A stretch of DNA of 64,000 nucleotides from Caldisericaceae bacterium. GTDB taxonomy: Bacteria; Caldisericota; Caldisericia; Caldisericales; Caldisericaceae. Position numbers and translations under genes: made by a program. Numbering within the stretch: the stretch's first letter is position 1; every line of letters begins with the position of its first letter. The DNA lies in NCBI GenBank assembly GCA_049967855.1, contig JBMFRX010000004.1:8751-72750 (forward strand), given 5' to 3'. Below are positions 19,767 to 28,220 of the stretch, one piece after another. Under the pieces are notes generated by a model that had not been told where the DNA came from, did no database searches, and saw only the letters and a list, made by a program, of their open reading frames with translations.

Positions 19767-20831
19767 TTATGAGTATATTTTACTTTTTTCCTCTCCGCGC
19801 GCAACTCTTAAGACGCCTTTTGCAAGAGCTTCCATTTCGTGCTCTCCTGCGTATACATAGACGGGTGCTATGAAGGAAACGTATTCTTTAACTTTTTCTA
19901 CAAGCTTTAATGAATTGGCAAGTCCTCCTGTAAGAACAATGCCGTCTACTTTGCCTTTCAGTACTGCGGCGTGCATTCCAATTTCTTTTGCAATCTGGTA
20001 GCACATTGCTTCAAAAACAAGCGAGGCGTATGTATTTCCATTCTCTATCATATCTGTCACTTCAATCAAAGAATTTGTCCCAAGGTGAGATACAAGGCCT
20101 CCTTTTCCTGCAAGCATTTTTAGAATTTCCTCCCTTGAATACTTTCCCGAAAAGCACAAATCTACAAGAGCTATATTTGGTATATTGCCTGACCTTTCGG
20201 GAGAGAACGGCCCATCACCATTTAAAGCGTTGTTCACGTCTATTATGCGGCCTTTCCTGTGAGATGCCACAGAAATGCCTCCGCCAAGATGGGCAACGAT
20301 AAAATTGCAATCTTCATAGGATTTACCTAATGACTTGGCAGCTTCTCTTGCAGCAGCCTTTTGGTTTAAGGGGTGGTCCTTCGCCTCTCTTTCTATTCCT
20401 TTTATGCCGCATATCTTTGCTATTGGCTCCATTTCATCTACGATCACAGGGTCAACAGTAAAAGCCTGTTTGCTTATCAATTTTGCAATCTCAAAGGCTA
20501 TTGGTGCAGCCAGGTTAGACGGATGTGCGCCGTACCTGAGGCTCAATAAGTCTTCAACCATTTTTTCATTAACAACATAGACACCTGACTCAAGAGGATG
20601 AGTGTTGCCTCCACGTGCTGCAATCGCATCAAAGCTCTGAAGTGAAAAGCCTTCTTTTTCAATTGTTTTTAGCACTATGCTCTTTCTGAACTCAAATTGG
20701 TCTGATATTTTTTTGAATTGAGCAAGTTCTGCTTCAGAATGCGCAATGTTATTCGAGAAAATCTGTTTTTCATCCTCAAAAATAGCAATCTTGGTAGTGG
20801 TCGAACCTGGATTGATAACGAGTATTCTCAT
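19767..20831 (-). CDS. buk: butyrate kinase
   Basis: MRILVINPGSTTTKIAIF N-terminus, ASKHA fold, HLGGGISV motif. Confidence 0.9.
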   Translation of the reverse strand: MRILVINPGSTTTKIAIFEDEKQIFSNNIAHSEAELAQFKKISDQFEFRKSIVLKTIEKEGFSLQSFDAIAARGGNTHPLESGVYVVNEKMVEDLLSLRYGAHPSNLAAPIAFEIAKLISKQAFTVDPVIVDEMEPIAKICGIKGIEREAKDHPLNQKAAAREAAKSLGKSYEDCNFIVAHLGGGISVASHRKGRIIDVNNALNGDGPFSPERSGNIPNIALVDLCFSGKYSREEILKMLAGKGGLVSHLGTNSLIEVTDMIENGNTYASLVFEAMCYQIAKEIGMHAAVLKGKVDGIVLTGGLANSLKLVEKVKEYVSFIAPVYVYAGEHEMEALAKGVLRVARGEEKSKIYS

Positions 20832-20840
20832 TTTTTCTCC

Positions 20841-21740
20841 TTACGAAACCGAAGCGGCGAATAGAAGTGACAAGAACTTCGTTTCCATCGAATCTCCCCT
20901 CGAAGGTATCACGCAAGGGGCTGTTGTACCAAGCAAAATGCCTGCTGTTTTTGCGTTGCAGAGTTTTGTGAGAGATTTATAAACAACGTTTCCTGTTTCT
21001 ATATCGGGGAATATTATGATATCCGCATTCCCAGCTACAGGTGAATCAAAATGTTTTATCTCTTTGGCTTCGGAAGATATAGCAAGATCCATCGAAAGAG
21101 GGCCATCTATTATGCAGTCTTTTATTTGACCGCGTTGTCCCATTTGCGAAATTATTGCAGCATCTATCGTTGATTGCATTTTTGAAGTAACAGTCTCAAC
21201 TGCTGACAGGATTGCCACTTTAGGTTCTTCGATGCCAATCTTCTTTGCTACAGCTACACAGTATCGAATTTGCTGAATTTTGTCTTCAAGGCTTGGCTTG
21301 AGAAGTACCCCAGGGTCGGATATGAGGAGCAACTTATCATATGCAGAAACCTCAACAAGTGAAACATTTGAAAGCAAAGCTCCTTCAGGCAATAATCCCC
21401 ATTCTTTGTTAAGCACGCCTCGAAGGTAGTTTGCAGAACTGCAAATTCCTTTCATCAGGACATTTGCGCGACCTTCATGAACTTCCTTTACCGCTTTTTC
21501 GATGCTTTCAAGCTCTGAGGAAACATTCACTGTTTCAATGAGTGATATATCTATTTTGTTTGTTGAAGCAGTTTCTGCAACGATACTTTTCCTTGCAAAA
21601 TTTACCACTGTGAAAAGCCCTTCCTTAACTCCTTCAATGACCGCCTGAAGTGTATGTGCGTCTTCGCCTAAAGCTATGGCAACTCTCTTTTTTTGTCCTA
21701 TTACCTGTTCCTTTAATTGCTCTATGTGTTTTATCTGCAT
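20841..21740 (-). CDS. ptb: phosphate butyryltransferase
   Basis: Phosphate acyltransferase family, directly upstream of buk. Start at ATG 21740 with GGAGG 5 nt upstream. Confidence 0.85.
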   Translation of the reverse strand: MQIKHIEQLKEQVIGQKKRVAIALGEDAHTLQAVIEGVKEGLFTVVNFARKSIVAETASTNKIDISLIETVNVSSELESIEKAVKEVHEGRANVLMKGICSSANYLRGVLNKEWGLLPEGALLSNVSLVEVSAYDKLLLISDPGVLLKPSLEDKIQQIRYCVAVAKKIGIEEPKVAILSAVETVTSKMQSTIDAAIISQMGQRGQIKDCIIDGPLSMDLAISSEAKEIKHFDSPVAGNADIIIFPDIETGNVVYKSLTKLCNAKTAGILLGTTAPCVIPSRGDSMETKFLSLLFAASVS

Positions 21741-21879
21741 ATATACCTCCGCTTTCATTATAATGAAAATTCTTTAAGAACAAACAAAGGAAGCTAGCAA
21801 ATAATGTTCAGCAAGTGACAGCAGGAGAAGATTTTTTAAATTGGCTTTTATGGTATAATAGATTGGCCAGGGGCGTGTT

Positions 21880-22788
21880 ATGGAAGAACACTTTACGAAA
21901 GAACTGTATAAAGAACTTGTAGACAATATGAGCGAAGGAGTCTATTTTGTGACGAAAGATAGAAAGATTCTTTACTGGAACAAAGCAGCCGAAGAGATCA
22001 CTGGCTACAAGGCAAGCGAAGTTGTTGGTTCATTTTGCTTTGATAATATTTTAAGGCATATTGATGAAAAGGGCACCGAACTCTGTATTTCAGAATGCCC
22101 ACTTGTAGCTGCAATGAAGAACAACTCAAACGAGCAAAAAGAAGTTTTCCTTCACAACAAGAATGGCGAAAGGATACCTGTGTTTGTAAGAGTATCTCCA
22201 ATCAAGGATAAAAATGGTAATATAATCGGAGCTGTCGAATCTTTCAGCAAGAATATCGAGTCGATTTTGCTCAAAGAGCAAATTAAAGAGCTTGCCCAAA
22301 AGAGCTTTGTTGATGAGCTCACAGGAATCCCCAATAGGCGTTTCTTTAACAGAACTCTTGAGATGAAAGTGACTGAATTTGAACGGTACGGGACAGTGTT
22401 CGGTTTGCTTTTCATTGACATAGACGACTTTAAGAGCATAAATGATTCCTATGGACATATAGCAGGCGACAGAGTGCTCAAGATGGTAGCAAATACGCTC
22501 AGCTTGAATGTGCGCAGTTCTGATCTTGTTGCAAGATGGGGAGGAGAAGAGTTTCTCGTTATAGTCCAACGGGTAGAAGACAGTTTGTTGCTGAAGATTG
22601 CCGAAAAACTCCGCATTCTTGTTATGCACTCAGGCCTGAGTTATCAAAATGACTCTATATCGGTTACTGTTTCAATTGGTGGCACGATATTTAAAAAGGG
22701 TGATACGCCAGAGAGCATAGTTAAAAGAGCTGATGACTTAATGATGAATGCAAAAAACAACGGAAAGAACAGGGCAGTTGTTGGATGA
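21880..22788 (+). CDS. PAS-GGDEF diguanylate cyclase
   Basis: PAS (YFVTKDRKILYWNKAAEEITGY) plus GGDEF with intact GGEEF and an RSSD I-site 5 residues upstream. Confidence 0.9.
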   Translation: MEEHFTKELYKELVDNMSEGVYFVTKDRKILYWNKAAEEITGYKASEVVGSFCFDNILRHIDEKGTELCISECPLVAAMKNNSNEQKEVFLHNKNGERIPVFVRVSPIKDKNGNIIGAVESFSKNIESILLKEQIKELAQKSFVDELTGIPNRRFFNRTLEMKVTEFERYGTVFGLLFIDIDDFKSINDSYGHIAGDRVLKMVANTLSLNVRSSDLVARWGGEEFLVIVQRVEDSLLLKIAEKLRILVMHSGLSYQNDSISVTVSIGGTIFKKGDTPESIVKRADDLMMNAKNNGKNRAVVG

Positions 22789-22797
22789 GAAGCTCTG

Positions 22798-23415
22798 ATG
22801 TCAGCTGGAATTGGAGAAATATTTGCGCATAATCAACCAATGAAATACTCACTCACGAATGAAGGCTTCACTTTAATAGAACTCATCGTTGTTGTTACTA
22901 TAATAATAATCCTTTCAGCAATTTCAATTCCTTATTTGCGTTCTTTTATTGTCTCGCAGCAGTTGCAAAACGTGGCATGGCAACTCAGGCAGGACCTCAG
23001 TTCAGTGAAAGAGGATGCGATACTTTACCAGCAGGATTTAAGAGTATATTTCTGCACAGACCCTTCAAATGAGAGGAATTTCTATTTGTTTGAAACATAT
23101 TTGAAAGATCCTTTGAATCCAAACGGAATAGGCGCTCACTACACTCCTGGGGACCCTGTTGACGGAAAGCACTTTGTAAGGCGTGATTTGCAATATAAAA
23201 TAATGTTTACTTCTCATAAGCCGTTTCTAATCAAAGGCTACATCAACGGAAAACAATATTACTATGTCACATTTTACTGTGGCAAGGACGCACATTTTCG
23301 CGGACAGCCAAGTGCTATTGATACGATAGAATTGATTGAGCCTAACACCAGAAAGCAATACTATGTAATTGTTGATTTGGCTGGCAGGATAAGAACAAGT
23401 GGAACACATCCTTAA
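22798..23415 (+). CDS. prepilin-type N-terminal cleavage/methylation domain protein (orphan pilin/pseudopilin)
   Basis: NEG|FTLIELIVVVTIIIILSAISIPYL class-III signal. The start could be ATG 22840, which gives a 9-aa leader. Confidence 0.75.
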   Translation: MSAGIGEIFAHNQPMKYSLTNEGFTLIELIVVVTIIIILSAISIPYLRSFIVSQQLQNVAWQLRQDLSSVKEDAILYQQDLRVYFCTDPSNERNFYLFETYLKDPLNPNGIGAHYTPGDPVDGKHFVRRDLQYKIMFTSHKPFLIKGYINGKQYYYVTFYCGKDAHFRGQPSAIDTIELIEPNTRKQYYVIVDLAGRIRTSGTHP

Positions 23416-23432
23416 GAAGTGTCGGTGTTGGT

Positions 23433-24203
23433 CTAGTCTTTTTTCCCTGGAGCTTCCTTTACAATTTTAATTTCAACTGTTTCCACTTCTGGGATTTCCT
23501 TAAGGGTTGATATAATTGCCATAATAACTGTCTCAAAAACTTCGTAAACATACTTGTTTGCAGGAAGCCGTTTACCGTTTATTTTCACTTTAATCATCTT
23601 CTTTCCTCCTAATAATTCTTTCTGTATAATATCCTTCATTTGCCTGAGTGCATTTGCCCTATGGCTTATTCTGTTTTTAATTTCTTCACCAAGCATCGAG
23701 AAACTTTCGTTAAACCCATCTGGTTTAAAAATCGGGTCATACCCGAATCCGCTCCCCTCTTTCTTTTGAGGTTTCAACAGAATTTCTCCTTCGATGACTC
23801 CTTCTGCACTGAAGAACTTGTTTTCTTTAGGAAGATACAGAACGGAAACGCTCCTGAATCGGGCAGACCTTTGGCTACTATTTTTCATTAATTTGAGTAT
23901 TTCGTTGATTTTTTCTTCGAAAGAGGAATTCTCTCCAAGAAAACGTGCTGAATAAATTCCTGGCTTGCCGTTGAGAGCATCAATTTCCAAACCTGAATCA
24001 TCTGCAAGAGCAGGAAGTTTGTATTTTAGAGCGAAATGTTTTGCCTTTATCAGCGCATTCTCCGCATATGTTTTACCGCTCTCTACCACCTCATCGGTAT
24101 CGCTTTCAGGAAGAAAAATGAGGCTTACAGGTAAATCGGAGAGTATTTCTTTTACTTCTTTTGATTTACCTTTGTTTTTAGTTGCAACGAGTATTTTGAA
24201 CAT
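23433..24203 (-). CDS. rdgB: RdgB/HAM1 non-canonical purine NTP pyrophosphatase with a 54-aa C-terminal extension
   Basis: ILVATKNKGK, ADDSGLEIDALNGKPGIYSAR, FGYDPIF and SHRANA motifs fill about 200 aa. The ORF then continues in frame through MIKVKINGKRLP...KEAPGKKD. Confidence 0.85.
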   Translation of the reverse strand: MFKILVATKNKGKSKEVKEILSDLPVSLIFLPESDTDEVVESGKTYAENALIKAKHFALKYKLPALADDSGLEIDALNGKPGIYSARFLGENSSFEEKINEILKLMKNSSQRSARFRSVSVLYLPKENKFFSAEGVIEGEILLKPQKKEGSGFGYDPIFKPDGFNESFSMLGEEIKNRISHRANALRQMKDIIQKELLGGKKMIKVKINGKRLPANKYVYEVFETVIMAIISTLKEIPEVETVEIKIVKEAPGKKD

Positions 24204-24208
24204 GCTTT

Positions 24209-24236
24209 ATTATATTCTGACTCAAGAAATTGGCAA
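24209..24236 (-). promoter_or_regulatory. candidate sigma70 promoter of rdgB; -10 lies 5 nt from the ATG
   Basis: Minus strand TTGCCA (24236-24231), 16 nt, TATAAT (24214-24209), aaagc, ATG (24203). No SD. Confidence 0.45.
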
Positions 24237-24249
24237 AATAGGATAACTA

Positions 24250-24345
24250 AGGACTCACGGGAGGCCAGGCGAGGGGAATTCCCAGCCTCCCAAAGGAGGT
24301 GTGAGGTTTGATATTACGGAAGGATAGGGTAACCCTTCCGTTGAT
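24250..24345 (-). other. GC-rich structured element downstream of tRNA-Ser (probable 3' processing or termination structure)
   Basis: Two hairpins: ACGGAAGG/CCTTCCGT, and CTCAC-GGGAGGC[..GGGAATTCCC..]GCCTCCC-GTGAG. Much more GC-rich than the surrounding DNA. Confidence 0.35.
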
Positions 24346-24372
24346 ACTTAATGATATTTTGGAGGGAGTATC

Positions 24373-24465
24373 TGGCGGAGAGAGTGAGATTCGAACTCAC
24401 GGAAGGATTTAACTCCCTCACTCGCTTAGCAGGCGAGTGCCTTAAGCCTACTCGGCCATCTCTCC
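24373..24465 (-). tRNA. tRNA-Ser (anticodon GCT), CCA encoded
   Basis: Reverse complement GGAGAGATGGCCGAGTAGG...CTCGCCTGCTAAGCGAG...long variable arm...GGTTCGAATC...CTCTCCGCCA folds as a class-II cloverleaf. Confidence 0.9.
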
Positions 24466-24477
24466 ACACAACTAAGT

Positions 24478-24505
24478 ATTATATACAGTTTGTGTAAAAA
24501 ATCAA
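24478..24505 (-). promoter_or_regulatory. candidate promoter of tRNA-Ser
   Basis: Minus strand TTGATT (24505-24500), 16 nt, TATAAT (24483-24478), 12 nt before the tRNA 5' end. Confidence 0.5.
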
Positions 24506-24638
24506 GTTTTCGAAGGCTTGCGGCTTTTATGGCAAATAGTTAGAAATTCTAACTAATCTAGACTGCTCTCTGTGGTTACACTCTTTCATTGCTTATGAGG
24601 GACTGTCGATTTCCCAGTAGTTTTCGGTTTTGGGTTAG

Positions 24639-24659
24639 ATTGCTAATCCAATTAGCAAT
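24639..24659. promoter_or_regulatory. perfect 9-3-9 inverted repeat (candidate operator)
   Basis: ATTGCTAAT-cca-ATTAGCAAT, immediately followed by TTGACA (24660-24665), about 100 nt upstream of the SDR gene. Confidence 0.35.
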
Positions 24660-24757
24660 TTGACACTTACTTCTTTATTTTGGGTAATTCGAACTTGTAG
24701 GAAAAAACAAGTTTGTTAAAATAAAACTTATGGTAAAATAAGGACTTGAGGTGAAGA

Positions 24758-25564
24758 ATGGAAAACAATGTTGTTCTTGTAACTGGAGCATCATCAGGTA
24801 TTGGAAAAGCCTGTGCCGAGAAATTAGCTAAAGAAGAGGGTTTTGCTGTTTATGGAGCAAGCAGGTCTTATGAAGACCTTGACAATAACCCACATTTCAT
24901 TAGGATTGACGTTACGGAGGAAGAGTCGCTCAGAAAAGGTGTTGAGTACATTATTGAACGAGAAGGGAAAATTGACTCTCTCATAAATGCAGCTGGGTTT
25001 GGCATCTCTGGTGCAATCGAAGACACTCCATTTGACCAAATTTACAGTCAGTTAGAAACAAATTTCTTTGGTACTGTACGCACGATAAAAGAGATTCTCC
25101 CATTTATGAGGGCTAAAGAAAAGGGGACAATAATAAATATAAGTTCAATCGGTGGAATTGTTGGACTTCCTTTCCAGGCTTTTTACAGTGCATCAAAATT
25201 TGCGATAGAAGGTTTTAGTGAAGCTATGAGGATGGAGGTAGAACCGTTTCACATTAATGTTGTGGTAATCGAGCCTGGGGATTTTAGGACTGGGTTTACA
25301 TCAAAGAGAGTTAAATGCACCGATGTTAATAGTCCCTATGCAAAGAGATTTGCAGATTGTATTGCGGTTATGGAAAAAGATGAGTTAAATGGAGAAGACC
25401 CAGAACTGATTGCAGATTTGGTGTTGGGAATTCTAAAGAGCCCCTCCCCGTCGAAACCAAAATACATTGTCGGGCCTTTTGGAGAGAAGCTCTTTGTCTT
25501 TGCAAAAAGGTATCTGCCTTACGGTATCAGCAATTATATTTTCAAAAAATATTATAGGCTATGA
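24758..25564 (+). CDS. short-chain dehydrogenase/reductase (SDR)
   Basis: TGASSGIGKA Rossmann motif, NAAG, and YSASKFA catalytic Tyr-x3-Lys. Confidence 0.85.
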   Translation: MENNVVLVTGASSGIGKACAEKLAKEEGFAVYGASRSYEDLDNNPHFIRIDVTEEESLRKGVEYIIEREGKIDSLINAAGFGISGAIEDTPFDQIYSQLETNFFGTVRTIKEILPFMRAKEKGTIINISSIGGIVGLPFQAFYSASKFAIEGFSEAMRMEVEPFHINVVVIEPGDFRTGFTSKRVKCTDVNSPYAKRFADCIAVMEKDELNGEDPELIADLVLGILKSPSPSKPKYIVGPFGEKLFVFAKRYLPYGISNYIFKKYYRL

Positions 25565-25861
25565 AATATCCGCTCCGACAACTACCGCAAGAAACCACAC
25601 CATAAGGAATGCAGTCCTTGCAAAATGGAGAGCAGGGACACTCAACCAGCCTATGAATAGAAGGTATGCAGCAACTGTAAGAATAATATGCGCTACAGGA
25701 GGTTTGTGAGAATCAGTATACCTCATCCATCCTGTAAAAAGTGGCAGCCAGTCGAAAAAAGCTGCAATGAGCCCATATAACGGTTTATCAAAAATAACAG
25801 ATGGGATAAATATAAGTCCAGCAATGGCTACGCATGCTAATGTCAAACGTTTCTTGCTCAT
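25559..25861 (-). CDS. small integral membrane protein (3 TM), hypothetical
   Basis: 100 aa, three hydrophobic helices. 4-nt overlap with the upstream amidohydrolase-like gene. Confidence 0.5.
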   Translation of the reverse strand: MSKKRLTLACVAIAGLIFIPSVIFDKPLYGLIAAFFDWLPLFTGWMRYTDSHKPPVAHIILTVAAYLLFIGWLSVPALHFARTAFLMVWFLAVVVGADIS

Positions 25862-26964
25862 TGAGCCCTGCCTTTAATGAAAACAAATTGCGTCTTTGCT
25901 TTTGTTTCCCAGGGCGGGTTGTCAAATGCTACTAAATTAGGGGAGCTACCTTTGCTTATGGTGCCGAAATTCTTTAAGCCAAGAATTTTTGCTGGAGTTG
26001 AGGTAATCGTAGAAAGAGCCTTTTCTGGAGAAATTCCTTCTCTTACAAGCATCCCTGCTTGCAACCTCAAGTACTGAGTTGGAAAATCAGGGTGTCCTGA
26101 TGCAAGAGCAACTTCTATCCCTTCTTCTATAAGCTCTGCTGGCACTGCAGCCGATAGGTTTTTAAGTTCCGAGCTTGCTCGTGGAAACATAAGAGGTCCG
26201 TATGCAACAGGTACTTTGTTCTCTTTTAGAAGCGTTTTTACGAGGTTGCTCTCGGCTCCGTAGAGGATGGCTATCTTGATTTTGAACTCTTTTGCAATAC
26301 GTATGCTTGTTGCTATGTCATCTGCCCTGAAACTTGCAAAAAATCCAATATCTTCGCCTTTAATTAGTGGTGCGAGAGCTTCATCTGCCATAGAAAGTTT
26401 CTTCTTATCTTTGCTGTATTCTGTTGCCTTGTACAATGTTTCCCTGATTAGATATGCAATACCCATTCTCGTCATTGGCATTTTTTTCTGTCCAGTGTAT
26501 GTTGCCTTTGGCTCTGTGTTGATTGAGAATTTCACTCCAACAGGAGACTTGATCATCATATCAAGCACGGTTTCGCCATTGTTATAAATAAGCGAGCCTC
26601 TGCCACCAATGCAGTTTGCATTACCAGGAAGCACTAAACTTAGAAGAGTTCCCCCTCTTATTGCTTTTGCGAATGCCAGGTCATAAGGGTTAATTCCATC
26701 AAGGGCAATGAGTTCTGATGTTACAGGGTTTGTAGTTTCATTAAAGTCGTTTCCCTCGATCTTGCCAAGAGACTCCTCTTTCAAGCCAATTCCAGAACCC
26801 AAATCAATGAAACCAGGAGTCAAGAATTTAGCTCTGAACTCTTGCTTGGCGTGTCCTTCAGTTTTCTCTCCAACATAATGAATTCCTTTCTCATCAAAAA
26901 GAACTTCTTTATCTTCGAGAATTTTATGTCCGTCGAATAGTTTTTCTGCAATTATTCTATACAT
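25858..26964 (-). CDS. amidohydrolase-fold protein lacking metal/catalytic ligands (probable non-catalytic paralog)
   Basis: Colinear with the 26957..28114 product, but DAHTH is DLGSG, HSH is ASF, EHG is LYG, and TDHP is SGHP. Confidence 0.7.
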   Translation of the reverse strand: MYRIIAEKLFDGHKILEDKEVLFDEKGIHYVGEKTEGHAKQEFRAKFLTPGFIDLGSGIGLKEESLGKIEGNDFNETTNPVTSELIALDGINPYDLAFAKAIRGGTLLSLVLPGNANCIGGRGSLIYNNGETVLDMMIKSPVGVKFSINTEPKATYTGQKKMPMTRMGIAYLIRETLYKATEYSKDKKKLSMADEALAPLIKGEDIGFFASFRADDIATSIRIAKEFKIKIAILYGAESNLVKTLLKENKVPVAYGPLMFPRASSELKNLSAAVPAELIEEGIEVALASGHPDFPTQYLRLQAGMLVREGISPEKALSTITSTPAKILGLKNFGTISKGSSPNLVAFDNPPWETKAKTQFVFIKGRAQ

Positions 26965-28114
26965 ATTTGCCTCCTGAAATTATTACTTTTCCTTCAAGAA
27001 TTACGGTCTGAGCTCTTGAAGTTGTGCTGAAAGGATGGCCTTGATAGATGACTATATTTGCTAACTTGCCTTTTTCAAGGCTTCCGTAGTCCTTTTCGAG
27101 TTTGAGAATTTTAGCTGGGTTAATTGTAATTAGTTTCAATGCTTCATCCTCTCCTAGCCCTCCTTCGTATGCTGTAAGCCCTGCCTCAACGAGAAGGTGT
27201 TGAATTGCAATTACGGGGTGGTCAGTCATAAGTGCAACAAGTACACCAGCATCTACTAGCTTCTTTGGGTTCTCAAACGAATTCGAAGCTGTCTCCACTT
27301 TTGGGGATACGTCAAGTATTGGCCCTATTACTACAGGAATTCCCTCTTTTGCAAGAAATTCACGAATGCGAACAGAATCAGTTCCGTGTTCAATGACAAC
27401 ATCAAGCCCAAACTCATGGCGAGCTATCCTTATAGCTGTCACAATGTCGTCTGCCCTGTGTGAATGTATCCTCAGCGGTATCTCATGTTTAAAAACAGGA
27501 ATAAGAGATTCCATATTGAGGTCAAAGGCTTGCTTCTTCTTTTTGTTTTTAGACTCATAATACTCTTTGGCTTTGGCAAGAGTTTCTCTGAAGACCTTGG
27601 CTGTTCCCATTCTTGTGGTTGGAAGCTGAGATTTCTCTGTGTAGACTCTCTTTGGATTTTCACCAAAAGCGCATTTCATACCTGCAGGATTCCGTATAAT
27701 CATTTCATCAACAATGTTTCCATATGTCTTCATAATTACACTCTGTCCGCCGATAACGTTACCTGAGCCTGCCCCTGTAAAAATTGTCTCGATGCCAGCA
27801 GCCAGGGCGTCCTTGAATGCAGGGTCTTGAGGATTAATTGCGTCAATTGCGCGCAATCCAGGAGTGGCAGGATTGGTCATCTCGTTTCCATCGACATCTT
27901 CAAATGAGCCTTCCAGAGAAAAAGTCCCAAGATGGGTGTGTGCATCTATGAAGCCTGGAAACACAGAAAGGCCTTTTGCGTTTACCCTCTTGGCATCCGC
28001 TTTGATAGGTTTTTGAGAGATTTCTTTGATTCTTTCACCGTCAATGAGGATAAAACCGTCATCGATTACTCCTTTTGTTACTGTAAAGATTTTTCCGTGT
28101 TCTATTAAAAGCAT
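26957..28114 (-). CDS. metal-dependent amidohydrolase (COG1228-like)
   Basis: PGFIDAHTHLG HxH motif, RIHSHRADD, VIEHGTDS, ALMTDHP. AGGAGG SD. Confidence 0.8.
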   Translation of the reverse strand: MLLIEHGKIFTVTKGVIDDGFILIDGERIKEISQKPIKADAKRVNAKGLSVFPGFIDAHTHLGTFSLEGSFEDVDGNEMTNPATPGLRAIDAINPQDPAFKDALAAGIETIFTGAGSGNVIGGQSVIMKTYGNIVDEMIIRNPAGMKCAFGENPKRVYTEKSQLPTTRMGTAKVFRETLAKAKEYYESKNKKKKQAFDLNMESLIPVFKHEIPLRIHSHRADDIVTAIRIARHEFGLDVVIEHGTDSVRIREFLAKEGIPVVIGPILDVSPKVETASNSFENPKKLVDAGVLVALMTDHPVIAIQHLLVEAGLTAYEGGLGEDEALKLITINPAKILKLEKDYGSLEKGKLANIVIYQGHPFSTTSRAQTVILEGKVIISGGKYV

Positions 28115-28185
28115 ATCGACCTCCTAATTTAGTGATAATTATACCAAATAATTTAAAAACAGCTAAACAGGCTTATCGAGAAAAG

Positions 28186-28214
28186 TTGCATTTTTTGGAA
28201 AATTTTGCTATAAT
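28186..28214 (+). promoter_or_regulatory. sigma70 promoter with extended -10; -10 lies 6 nt from the ATG of the glycosyltransferase gene
   Basis: TTGCAT (28186-28191), 17 nt ending TGc, TATAAT (28209-28214), cgaaaa, ATG 28221. No SD. Confidence 0.55.
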
Positions 28215-28220
28215 CGAAAA

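Noticed and set aside
22126-22629. 167-aa ORF antisense to the PAS-GGDEF gene. Similar antisense ORFs occur at 17081-17695 and 49726-50232.
   Set aside because: Each is embedded in a confidently identified gene on the opposite strand, has no motifs, and has composition typical of AT-rich antisense frames.
24250-24345. The GC-rich element considered as SRP (4.5S) RNA
   Set aside because: It lacks the conserved helix-8 GGAA tetraloop context (CAGGUCCGGAAGGAAGCAGC-like) on either strand.
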